64,000 nucleotides of DNA from Roseibacillus sp. Lineage in GTDB: Bacteria > Verrucomicrobiota > Verrucomicrobiia > Verrucomicrobiales > Akkermansiaceae. The notes under the pieces are model-generated. The model saw only the letters and a list, made by a program, of their open reading frames with translations, made no database searches and was not told where the DNA came from. Where the stretch lies: positions 832,001 to 896,000 of the forward strand of contig JBPOGI010000001.1 of the NCBI GenBank assembly GCA_051251855.1, read 5' to 3'. The position numbers and the translations under genes were made by a program. Shown piece by piece: positions 27,936 through 37,500 of the stretch; positions within the stretch are counted from its first letter, which is position 1; every line of letters starts with the position of its first letter.

Positions 27936-29329
27936 GGTTTTTTGTTAGGTTTGTATTCGGGATTCAGTGTTGAGGGGATCGGGGCCTTCGTCTCCGTGCG
28001 CCATTCCGAGAGTTCGAGAAGTAGCGCTTTGGCCTGTTCCTGATTCGCTGGTGCGAGATTCACTTGTTCGGAGGGGTCGTCTTTGAGGTTGTAGAGCTCG
28101 ATATCGTCGTTTTCGAAGTAGTGATGCAGTTTCCAATTTCCGGAACGAATGACAGACCCGGGGCGAGTGCGGAAGATAGGGTCGCGGGTTTCGAGGTCGT
28201 TTTTTTTGTAGGCCTGGAGGTAAACTGGAAAATGCCAGTAGAGCGTGCGCTCTGGGAGGGGTTTGCCTTCGGTGAGAAGAGGGAGCAAGCTTTGGCCATC
28301 GAGAATTTTCTTTGGTGGCACCTTGGCTTTGGCCGCAGCGATTATGGTCGGAAAGAGATCGAGGTTGGCGATCGGGGTGTCGTTAATTTGTCCTGGTTCG
28401 ATGCGTCCTTGCCATGAGAAGAAGAAGGGTTCGCGAATTCCTCCCTCGTAGTAGCTGCCCTTGCCTGCACGAAGAGGTGCGTTGGAGGTGACTGCACTGT
28501 GACCACCGTTGTCGGAGGTGAAAATGATGAGGGTTTTTTCTAACAAATTATGCTTCTCAAGAGTGGAGATGATTCTTCCCACGGCCATGTCGAGTGAGCA
28601 AATCATGGCTGCGTATTTGGCGTTGTTATGGTGTTTGTTGGATTCTTTGGCGTTAAATTTCTCGACGAGATCTTTGCGGCCTTGAATGGGGGTGTGAACG
28701 GTGTAGGTAGTGAAAGAGAGAAAGAAGGGATTGTCCTTTTTCTCCGTGATGATTTTTGTCGCTTCTTGTGCGAGTCGGTCGGTGAGATACTCCCCTTCGT
28801 CGTTGTTCTTAATGTTGGGGTAGTGGTAGGGGGAGTGATAACCGCCCTTGGAAGGAGAACCACCATGAAAACCGGCAATATTGACGTCGAAGCCTTGGGT
28901 GAGTGGGTCTTCGGTGAGATGCCATTTGCCAACATGTGCGGTGAAGTATCCGGCGTCTTGGAGAACCTCAGGAAGAGTGATTACCTCGTCGGCGAGAGTT
29001 TCGTTGTTAGGCGTGGGGATGAGTTTGCGATCTTTCGACTTTCCGCGTTCGGAGGAGCCGACGGTGTAGATGCCGTGTCGTTGGGGCCACTGTCCAGACA
29101 TGGCGCAGGCCCGAGAGGGGGCGCAGTTTGCGGCGGCGGCGTATCCGTTGGTAAAACGGATTCCGGAGGCAGCTAGCTGGTCCAGGTTGGGAGTCTCGTA
29201 GTAGGTTGAGCCCTGCACTCCAAGGTCGGACCATCCGAGGTCATCAGCGTTGATGTAGACGATGTTTGGGCGTTCCTCGCCCCCAGCGATGAGGGGGAGC
29301 AAAAACAGGAAGAGGTGATTTCGAAACAC
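27932..29329 (-). CDS. sulfatase (Cys-type, secreted)
   Basis: PNIVYINADDLG, CAPSR, GKWHL, SDNGG, GKGSYYEGGIR, ELYNL..DPSE. Confidence 0.95.
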   Translation of the reverse strand: MFRNHLFLFLLPLIAGGEERPNIVYINADDLGWSDLGVQGSTYYETPNLDQLAASGIRFTNGYAAAANCAPSRACAMSGQWPQRHGIYTVGSSERGKSKDRKLIPTPNNETLADEVITLPEVLQDAGYFTAHVGKWHLTEDPLTQGFDVNIAGFHGGSPSKGGYHSPYHYPNIKNNDEGEYLTDRLAQEATKIITEKKDNPFFLSFTTYTVHTPIQGRKDLVEKFNAKESNKHHNNAKYAAMICSLDMAVGRIISTLEKHNLLEKTLIIFTSDNGGHSAVTSNAPLRAGKGSYYEGGIREPFFFSWQGRIEPGQINDTPIANLDLFPTIIAAAKAKVPPKKILDGQSLLPLLTEGKPLPERTLYWHFPVYLQAYKKNDLETRDPIFRTRPGSVIRSGNWKLHHYFENDDIELYNLKDDPSEQVNLAPANQEQAKALLLELSEWRTETKAPIPSTLNPEYKPNKKP

Positions 29330-29439
29330 GACTTAAGTTTCAGGGATTTTGAGACGCTTGGCCAGCGAGGAATCGAGCAAGTTGGGATGGGGGCGGGGTC
29401 GATGCTTGCCAAGAATGGCAGAGAGGACTTCTATCGACG

Positions 29440-30279
29440 GTGATGGCATTCAATCAGGTAGCGGTGCTGGGTCCCGGTTTACTGGGGGGCTCGATCGGGC
29501 TTGCGATTCAAGAGCGAGGCTTGGGAACCGTTCGTTTCTGGGGGCGTTCCGAGGAGAAGTTGGCTGTGGTGAGGGATGCTGGTTTCTTTGCTAGAGGGAA
29601 TTTGGCTGAGGTTTTGGAAGGAGTGGATTTGGTGGTGTTGGCGACGCCGGTGCCGTTTTTTGCTGGTTTAGCGAGGCAACTTGTCGAGTTAGGGGGGGAG
29701 TTTGTGGTGACGGATGTGGGGAGCGTGAAGGGTTCGGTGGAAGAGGGCGCCGGTAAACTTCTTCGCGAGGCGGGGATTTCCTTTGTGGGAAGTCATCCTA
29801 TGGCCGGTTCGGAGCAAGGTGGGTTTGAGGCGGCGAAAGGGAAGCTTTTTGAGGGGGCAACTTGTTTTGTTTGTCCATCAGAGTCAGAGGAACGGGCGTC
29901 AGTTGAGGATCTTCAGAAATTTTGGGAGAGCCTGGGTTGTTGCGTCAGGGAGATTGGAGCGGCAAAACATGATCAGGTGGTGGCGCGTATTAGTCACTTG
30001 CCGCATGCTTTGGCTGCGGTTGCGGCACGGGTTTCGTTGAGGAATGAAGGCGAGGGCTCGTTGGGAGGGGGAGGTTTGGTCGATACCACGCGAGTGGCGG
30101 CAGGCAATGCGGAGATGTGGACTGGGATTCTCTTGGAGAATCAAACGGCGGTCCTCGATGAACTCGAGCGTGCGGCCCAAGAGGTTGCTACTTTGCGGGA
30201 GCTTTTGCTGAGTGAGAATGCCGAGGGCGTGCTGACCTGGCTCGATGATGCCAAGCGGCTTCGGGATCAGTTGAAGTAG
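29440..30279 (+). CDS. tyrA: prephenate/arogenate dehydrogenase
   Basis: GPGLLGGS, TDVGSVK, GSHPMAGSE, HD..VA.ISHLPH, DTTRVA. Confidence 0.92.
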   Translation: MMAFNQVAVLGPGLLGGSIGLAIQERGLGTVRFWGRSEEKLAVVRDAGFFARGNLAEVLEGVDLVVLATPVPFFAGLARQLVELGGEFVVTDVGSVKGSVEEGAGKLLREAGISFVGSHPMAGSEQGGFEAAKGKLFEGATCFVCPSESEERASVEDLQKFWESLGCCVREIGAAKHDQVVARISHLPHALAAVAARVSLRNEGEGSLGGGGLVDTTRVAAGNAEMWTGILLENQTAVLDELERAAQEVATLRELLLSENAEGVLTWLDDAKRLRDQLK

Positions 30280-30342
30280 TTTGCCCGATTATGCCCCGCT
30301 CTGAGGTGGTATGCTGGTTGAATTTATTCCACTATTTTGGAG

Positions 30343-30843
30343 ATGAAATTGGTGCCTTTCGAAAAACGTGACGAGAACGAGGTTCCCGCTCCGATCCCTG
30401 AGGTTCCCGCGAACCTTTATGGGGAGCTTTTTTTTGCGGCAGATTGGTCGGTGTTGAACAGTCCTTGGGAGAAGTGTGACTCGGAGCATTTGTTCGAGCT
30501 GGTTGATACGACGGGCCAAGAGACTTGGCAGGCTTATCTCAATGGTGACGGAGGGCTCAGCGTTCTTTTGCTTGTTCGTCAAGGTGGAGCAAAAGTTTCG
30601 GGGGAGCATAGCCGCTTGGAGGTGCAGTTCATTGCAAGCGACTTTCTACAAGGCCACGACTACGAATTGAATGTTCGCTATGCTCCTGAGTCCTGGGATG
30701 CCTGTGAGCGAGACGTGATTGTGCTGCGGGCCTTTGATGGTGAACGAGACCCTGAACATCCGAATTTGGAACAAGTGAAAGTTCTGACGAGAGCTTTGCG
30801 GAAGCTTCAAGAAGAAGGAGAATCTGATTCGTCTGGAAAATGA
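30343..30843 (+). CDS. hypothetical acidic protein
   Basis: ORF with coding-like composition, ATGA-coupled to the next gene; no motif recognised. Confidence 0.6.
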   Translation: MKLVPFEKRDENEVPAPIPEVPANLYGELFFAADWSVLNSPWEKCDSEHLFELVDTTGQETWQAYLNGDGGLSVLLLVRQGGAKVSGEHSRLEVQFIASDFLQGHDYELNVRYAPESWDACERDVIVLRAFDGERDPEHPNLEQVKVLTRALRKLQEEGESDSSGK

Positions 30844-31589
30844 TGTTGGAAGAAGAGGAGGACTCGGAAGAGATTTCAGCTGAGTCCTTGCAGCAGCTCA
30901 ATGCTTTATTGGAGGATGGGCCTGGCGAAGATGCCAGTGAGGAAGAGGTTGAAGTCTTCATGAAGAAGTTTGCTGAGACCCCGGGCGGTTCGGCGATGTT
31001 GAAGACCTTGAACCAGCAGCTTGCGGACGGTGGCGGAGCGCTTTTGAACGAGGTTCTCGGGCAGCAACTACCGTCCCTTGTTGATGGACCTGACTGGTCT
31101 CTTTATCAAGCTCCAAAGAGTCCGCTGCGACTGGTGTTTCGAATTCAGCCTATTGGCGCTAAAGTTTCTTATTGGCGCCGGGTCACCTTGCCTACGGACG
31201 CGAGCTTTTATGACCTTCACTTTGCCTTGCAGGATGCTTTTGAACAGTTCTCCACTGCGCCCCATCGCTTCGAGTGGTGTGAGAACGAGCGGGTGGAAGC
31301 CGTATTCCTAAGCGGCCACGCCGAGGTGAAAGGGGGGGATGATTATTGCGAATATCAAAATCGCCCGTTGGATCTTTTTTCGGAGAGCGTGGATCGCTTT
31401 TTCTATTATCAAGATGGGGCTGCGATTCCTGCCTTCATTGTTTTGATGGAAAAGGTGGTCGAGCCTAACAGTTTTGAAACGCCAGTTGCCTTTGGCCCTT
31501 GCTGTATTGGCGGTGAAGGTCCGGAGGAAGGCTTTGAACCTTCGCAGGTGAAGTTTCGTTTGATTGAGAGGAAGAGATCGCAGAATTAG
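30840..31589 (+). CDS. degenerate plasmid pRiA4b ORF-3-like domain protein with acidic N-terminus
   Basis: WRRVTLP.D.SFYDLHFALQDAF and P.CIGGEG.P resemble PRiA4_ORF3. Confidence 0.6.
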   Translation: MMLEEEEDSEEISAESLQQLNALLEDGPGEDASEEEVEVFMKKFAETPGGSAMLKTLNQQLADGGGALLNEVLGQQLPSLVDGPDWSLYQAPKSPLRLVFRIQPIGAKVSYWRRVTLPTDASFYDLHFALQDAFEQFSTAPHRFEWCENERVEAVFLSGHAEVKGGDDYCEYQNRPLDLFSESVDRFFYYQDGAAIPAFIVLMEKVVEPNSFETPVAFGPCCIGGEGPEEGFEPSQVKFRLIERKRSQN

Positions 31590-32821
31590 GCCTCTGTTTT
31601 GAGTTCTCCGTTCGGTCCTTTGGCCGCTTCCACTGGCGGAGGGTCCGCGGGGGATTCGATGATCTCGATTTCAGCGCCATTGGCCGCGTGCGCAACGCGG
31701 GTTACAACGACGGAGTGGTTGTCAGGAAGGTCATGGCTGATGACGAAGTTCTCGGCATCTGTCCAGAAGGGTGAAACTTCGTGTCGTAAGAGCTGGAGTG
31801 TTTCATTATCAACGAGAAGGGTTTCGAAGGCACCGCGCAGGGTTTCGCGAGGGATGACGAAAACGTTTTCTAACAGGTTTCCCTGGATTTCGGCGAGGAT
31901 GGGTTGACCAACTCGTAGAGGAGGACTTCCTGTCTGGAGACCGTAAGGATCTGGGATGCGCGCGATGAGGAAGAGCTCGCGGGAGGTTTCGTCGATGACG
32001 CCTTCGCTGCGGACGAGCTGGGCCTCCCACTCGGGTTCAAAGTCGTCGTGATGCTCGGTGAGGCCATCCTTGATGATCGCGGGAGTGGCTTCGAGGGTGC
32101 TTTGATTTTGGAAAGGGGTGAAAGGGAGGTCTTTAGGAGAAACAGGGAGGCGGACTTCGGCGAAGTCGGTTGCAAAGATTTGAGCCAATGAAGTATTGGT
32201 GCCTACTGATTGTCCGGGGCCGACAGTTCGCTCGCGCACGCAGCCATCGAAGGGGGCGACAATTTTGGTGTAGATCTTGTTGCGGCGGGATTCTGCCAAC
32301 TGTGCTTGCGCGGTTTTCAGGTTTGCGTTTGCTTCTCTGAGTTGAGGAATGCGGAGAACGAGGTCGTTGGGCTTTTCGGTGTAGCCAAGGTCTTGCCAGT
32401 TGAGTTCGGCCTGCTTGGCGCGGGCTTCTTCTTGAGCCAATGCGGCTTCGGCTCGTGCCACTTGAGCCTCCCCGGCAATGATGTCCGCTTCGGTGTCAGT
32501 GGCGTCTAGGGTGACAAGAATATCTCCGCGCCGGAAGAAGGCTCCTACCTCGAAGTTGGGATGGAGGCTTTCGACTCGGCCTGAGATACGAGAGGTGAGG
32601 CTGGTTTCGGTTTGAGCTTGGACCACGCCCCGGGTTCGAATTGTGATTTGATAATCTTGACGTTCCAAGGGAATGACTTCCGCCTTCTGAACTATTCTTT
32701 TTCGGGGGCCTCCACCCGAATCTTCTTCTTCCTTGGTCCACTTGTGCATAGCAGCCCAGCCAAGATAGAATCCAAGCCCAAGAATAGGCAGGGGAAGCAG
32801 AAATCGAAGAAGCAGACGCAT
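31586..32821 (-). CDS. RND efflux periplasmic adaptor (MFP) subunit
   Basis: N-terminal TM, ISGRV, G.FF..GD.L..LD, coiled coil, I.APFDG.V, AEVRLP, IDETSR. Confidence 0.88.
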   Translation of the reverse strand: MRLLLRFLLPLPILGLGFYLGWAAMHKWTKEEEDSGGGPRKRIVQKAEVIPLERQDYQITIRTRGVVQAQTETSLTSRISGRVESLHPNFEVGAFFRRGDILVTLDATDTEADIIAGEAQVARAEAALAQEEARAKQAELNWQDLGYTEKPNDLVLRIPQLREANANLKTAQAQLAESRRNKIYTKIVAPFDGCVRERTVGPGQSVGTNTSLAQIFATDFAEVRLPVSPKDLPFTPFQNQSTLEATPAIIKDGLTEHHDDFEPEWEAQLVRSEGVIDETSRELFLIARIPDPYGLQTGSPPLRVGQPILAEIQGNLLENVFVIPRETLRGAFETLLVDNETLQLLRHEVSPFWTDAENFVISHDLPDNHSVVVTRVAHAANGAEIEIIESPADPPPVEAAKGPNGELKTEA

Positions 32822-32973
32822 TGTTGGGTTATCCTACGCGACCTAGGCCCCTATTTCCATCGTTGGAAACGCATTTTTTTCGGAAAAGTGAAGGAAAGTG
32901 GTGTTTTGATGCTTTGGTGCTGTTTTTTGGGGGCTTTACCGTAGTGGTTCTATCACTCAACTTCCTCCGAAGA

Positions 32974-33594
32974 ATGCCCGACTACTCTTTTGAAATTTCA
33001 GCCCGTGAAAAGGGCTATCGCTTTGTGGCGGGAATCGATGAAGCGGGGCGGGGGCCTCTCGCTGGACCTGTCTCAGCAGCAGCGGTGATTCTTCCCGAGG
33101 GCGCCGAAATCGAAGGCCTCAATGATTCGAAGAAGCTTTCGGAGAAGGCGCGGGAGCGGATTTTCGAGGAGTTGATGGAATTATCTTCGATTCAATGGGG
33201 GCATTCCTTTGCCGAGGCGGCTGAGATCGACGAAATTAATATTCTGCAGGCTACGCATGTAGCGATGGCTCGAGCTGTGGGTAAGCTTCCCAAAACGGAC
33301 TATGCGCTGATCGATGGAAGACCAGTGAAGGATTTTCCACTTCCTTCCGAGGGGATTGTGAAAGGGGACGGTAAGAGTCTCTCTATTGCCGCAGCGAGTA
33401 TAATCGCCAAGGTGATGAGAGACCGCTTGATGGTAGAGTGGGACCGCGAGTATCCTAAATATGGCTTTGCGAAGCACAAGGGATATGGCACCAAGATGCA
33501 TCTCGAAGCACTTCGAACCTATGGTCCTTGCCCGCTCCATCGTCGCTCGTTTGCACCCGTTGCTTTGGCAGCCAGTGGCTCTGGGCAAGGGTGA
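32974..33594 (+). CDS. rnhB: ribonuclease HII
   Basis: GIDEAGRGPLAGPV, DSKKL, NIL.AT, LIDG, KGD..S.SIAAASIIAK..RD, HKGYGT, HRRSF; start placed at ATG 32974. Confidence 0.96.
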   Translation: MPDYSFEISAREKGYRFVAGIDEAGRGPLAGPVSAAAVILPEGAEIEGLNDSKKLSEKARERIFEELMELSSIQWGHSFAEAAEIDEINILQATHVAMARAVGKLPKTDYALIDGRPVKDFPLPSEGIVKGDGKSLSIAAASIIAKVMRDRLMVEWDREYPKYGFAKHKGYGTKMHLEALRTYGPCPLHRRSFAPVALAASGSGQG

Positions 33595-33958
33595 AGAGCG
33601 AATTTCAACTCAGGAAATCGGTGACCTCGGTGAAAAAATTGCTCGAGAATGGCTCTGGTCATCGAGGCGGAAGGTGCTTTATCGCAATTTTAGAGCTCCT
33701 CATGGTGGGGAGGTCGATATTGTGGCTCGCGATGGCCGGATGCTTTGCTTTGTAGAGGTGAAAACTCGGACAAAACGAGGCGAAGGCCGTCCTTTGGATG
33801 CAGTCGACCGGCCTAAGCAAGAGTTGATCGAAAGAGGGGCCCGCGAGTGGCTGAGGCTATTAGGCCGACGCGATCTGCCGTGTCGCTATGATGTTATTGA
33901 GGTGATTCTTATCGAGGGGGAGCGTCCCGATGTCACATTAATTGCCAATGCGTTCTAG
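33575..33958 (+). CDS. yraN: YraN/UPF0102 family putative endonuclease
   Basis: GE..A, RNFR...GEVDIVARDG..LCFVEVKTR, RYDVI, NAF end; follows rnhB; start uncertain (GTG 33575). Confidence 0.9.
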   Translation: MALGKGEERISTQEIGDLGEKIAREWLWSSRRKVLYRNFRAPHGGEVDIVARDGRMLCFVEVKTRTKRGEGRPLDAVDRPKQELIERGAREWLRLLGRRDLPCRYDVIEVILIEGERPDVTLIANAF

Positions 33959-33961
33959 AGA

Positions 33962-34360
33962 CTATTTTTTGCTAATTTTGACCGCTTGCTTCACTAGTTT
34001 CATGGCGAAAGAGAGATCAAGGTCTTCGAGTTTTTTGAATCGAACACAAGATTTACCGCAATTCACTTTCCCCAAGTCGTTTGCGTGCTTCTCCACCAGA
34101 TAGCCCTCATCGTCACAAGCCGAGAGGTAGAGCGCAAAGTTGTTCTTTTGTACTGCTAAGCCGACCAAGAACCATTCACCTTCGCTTCCTGACTTGGTCT
34201 CGTAGGGGCCGTAGCCGATCATTCCATAGGCAATGGCAGGTTTGAGTGCTGGAGCGGCCTTGCGAATGGCTTGGTGAACCCGACTGATGTCTTTTCGACG
34301 CTCTCTTGGAACCCACTCAAGATATTCTTCAGGAGTTTTCACGGTAGTAGGGCACTTCAT
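33962..34360 (-). CDS. DUF1801 (YdhG-like) protein
   Basis: TPEEYL, IRKAAP.L, MIGYG, GLA.QKN..ALY, GKSCVRFKKLEDL. Confidence 0.85.
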   Translation of the reverse strand: MKCPTTVKTPEEYLEWVPRERRKDISRVHQAIRKAAPALKPAIAYGMIGYGPYETKSGSEGEWFLVGLAVQKNNFALYLSACDDEGYLVEKHANDLGKVNCGKSCVRFKKLEDLDLSFAMKLVKQAVKISKK

Positions 34361-34546
34361 CTTGGCAAAGAGACCAGAAAGAGAGACGGAATAGGAAAAA
34401 ACGAGAGCTCGTAATGCCTGATAGCCGGCGACGAGGTTGGTTCAACGCAATTCCTGTCCCGCAATTTCTTGCATTCTTTGCAAAGACAGTGGTAGCCTTC
34501 GCGCCCCTCGCCCTATTGCATGGGTAAGGAATTACAGTTCTCTATT

Positions 34547-37500
34547 ATGTCGGAATCCTTGATGTCGTCTCTCAACCCGGACCGGGCCACTCTCAATTTT
34601 CTCAACAGCTTCCCAGAAGCCGTTCAAAAGCGCGGCGAAAAGCTGCAACAAGAGGGGGGAGTTTCTCAAATTTTTGGTAACCATCTCTTCATTCAAGGAC
34701 GGGTCGAGGAAAAGGGGAGTACCCACCGCACCACCCTTCGTTTGCAGGGCAATCGTTGGTTCGGAAGTTGTACTGCGGAAGACGAGAAGTCCTCAGGTGC
34801 AGCGCAATACGCGACCATGTTGGAGCGCTTACAGCGCGGCGAAGACCTTCCAGAGTCTCCCAATGAGTTTGACGACGCACCCGTTCTCGACCTGATCGAG
34901 GAAAAGCTCGACCGTGAGCTCGATGACAAGGAGGCCGACTTTGTTTCTAAAGTTGAAAAGCGCTATCGCCGCTATGCTATCGAAGGCGAAATGCACGACC
35001 ACGACATGGTACGTTTAAGCCCCCGCTGGGAAATTCAGAGCTACGAGCCCCTCGAGCTCTGGCCCGTGCCTCCCGGAGATATTCTCGAGTTCTGGAACTA
35101 CATCGCCTACGCTTTTTACAAAAAGAAGCTGCCATACCCTGAGTTCATGAACTGCATTACCGACCTAGCGGACGTGCAGAAAAAGATGAGCGAATGGGAG
35201 CAAGAGCGAGAAATTGCTTCTTGGTATGAGCGCATCGAGAGTGTCAACGAGCGTCCGCCTCAGGAGCTGCCAGTTGAGATTGAGCTTCGTATTGTTGCCA
35301 CAATGAACGAGGCGCGTCTGCAAGCACGCGAAAAGAATGGAGCGGAGGATGGTCCTTGGTATCCAGTTGCCGAAAAGCCCGAAGTGGAGCGCCTGAAGTC
35401 ACTCTATTCGGATTCAGCTCTACGCATGGATGCTTCGAGTCAGATTTTGTGGGAAGAATTCATCTCTTACCTCGATCGCACCAATGATGCCAAGCTGGAC
35501 CTCGACGACGAAGAGGCTTGCGCCATCATGAACCGGCTTTTCCGTCAGGAAGCGCTCAAGGGCTATTTGGTCAACCTCGACGAGAAGCACTTCAAAGTGG
35601 TCAATGAGCCGCTTAAGTGGCAGTGCGAAGATGTTCCTGGGAACCAAGGACTCTTTGGACTCCAGTTGGTAACGAAGTCGGGTGAGCCTGTTTCACACTC
35701 CGTCCGTCTTCTCCCTGGTCGTGAGGAACTCTATCAGTCCGACGAAACCGTTTTTCCCGGGCCGCCACGCTGGTTAGATGATACCGAGGTGATGCCTCGA
35801 TACGATATCCCCAATGGAGTGATTGATTCTTTGGAAGGGATCGAATTTCTTCGCAAGATTGGCGCGACCTTGCCGCCATCCATGAAGCGCCGCGTCGTCG
35901 ACCTCGACCTTTATCCGCGTTTCGAGATGCGTATTGAGCAAGGGCTGACCGCTGCCGAGACCGAGCACCTCGTCATGGATGTGACTGCGCTTGAGAAAAA
36001 GGAGCGTCGTACCGAGAAGCTCATCCGAAGTGGTTGGGATGTGACTGAACAGAAGCCAGTAAAAGGAAATCAGCTTCTTCGCTTTGCGCGTGAGAAACTC
36101 TATCCGGTTCCTGACCTCCTCTCTGAAATGGGGCTGACTTTTGATGAGAAGTTGGGCGAGTTTAAATCGCGCGTTACCAAGCAATTTCCCGAGAAGTTTG
36201 CAGAGTGGGCCGAAAACATGCCCGACTTTGTCGATGTCATCATGGATGGGAAGCTCAAGACCATTCTCGCCGACCCTGTTTCAGCAGCGATTCGCTTTGA
36301 GGTCATCAACCAAGAGATCGACTGGTTCGACCTTCGTGTTGTTATTGATGTTGAAGGAGTCAATCTTTCCAAAGCGCAAATCCGCCAACTCGTTGCTGCC
36401 CGTGGGGGATATGTCCGCATGGACGACGGCACATGGATGCGTCTCGAAATCAAGCTCGACGACGACCAGCGGGATGCTGTCACTCGTCTCGGCCTCGATC
36501 CCTTTGACCTTTCTGGTGAAACCCACCGCATGCATGCCATGCAGTTGGCTGATCCCAAAGCTGCCGAGGTCTTCGACCCCAAAGCATGGAAGCGTATCAA
36601 AGACCGCGCCAAGGATATACAATTGGACTCCAAAGCGGAGGTTCCTGATTCCCTCGATGCCGAGCTTCGTCCGTATCAGACCGAAGGCTTCAAATTCCTC
36701 GCCTACCTTGCAACCAACGGTTTCGGTGGAATTCTTGCCGATGATATGGGGCTCGGGAAGACCGTGCAAAGTATCGCCTACATTCTTTGGCTACGTGAAG
36801 CTGCAATTGCCTCGAAAACAAAGACTCCGGCCTTGGTTGTTTGTCCCAAGTCCGTCCTCGACGTTTGGGCTATGGAGACCACCAAATTTGCTCCGTTCCT
36901 CAACGTGCAGGTTCTCCGCAGTCGCGACGAATTCGACGAAGAGAATATCAAAAAGAACGTTGATGTTCTTGTTCTCAACTATGCCCAGCTCCGCGTTTGT
37001 TCGGAAGAACTTAAGACCGTGCGTTGGAACGTGGTGGTGCTCGACGAAGGTCAGCAGATTAAGAACCCAGACTCCAAGGCTGCCAAGGGTGCCCGCGAAC
37101 TGGAAGCTCAGAACCGTCTCGTCCTCACCGGAACTCCTATTGAGAACCGCCTCATGGACATGTGGTCACTAATGGCCTTCGCGATGCCTGGTGTCCTCGG
37201 CAGTCGCGCTTACTTCAAGAAACGCTTCGACAAGCGTAAGGATCCGATGTCGCAGAACCGCCTCGCGGCGCGTCTCCGTCCTTTCCTTTTGCGCCGAACT
37301 AAGTTGCAAGTGGCGAAAGATCTTCCGCCTCGGACCGAGGAAGAAGTCTACTCCAAGATGGAAGGCATCCAGTTCGAGATGTATAAGGCTGAGCTCAAAC
37401 GTATTCAAAAGGCTCTTCTGGGACTCGATTCTGACGAGGCAGTTAAGAAGAATTCCTTTGCGATTCTACAAGGTCTGATGCGCTTGCGTCAGATTTGCTG

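Noticed and set aside
32821..32973. N-terminal extension of RNase HII (similar extensions on YraN, FabG and the TPM protein)
   Set aside because: Family similarity begins at downstream start codons
34475..34486. Palindrome TCTTTGCAAAGA upstream of SNF2, with a near copy at 7855-7866
   Set aside because: Only two short AT-rich copies before unrelated genes; chance cannot be excluded
36141..37172. 343-aa alternative-frame ORF within the SNF2 gene
   Set aside because: Ser/Pro/Arg-rich off-frame translation with no domain signal
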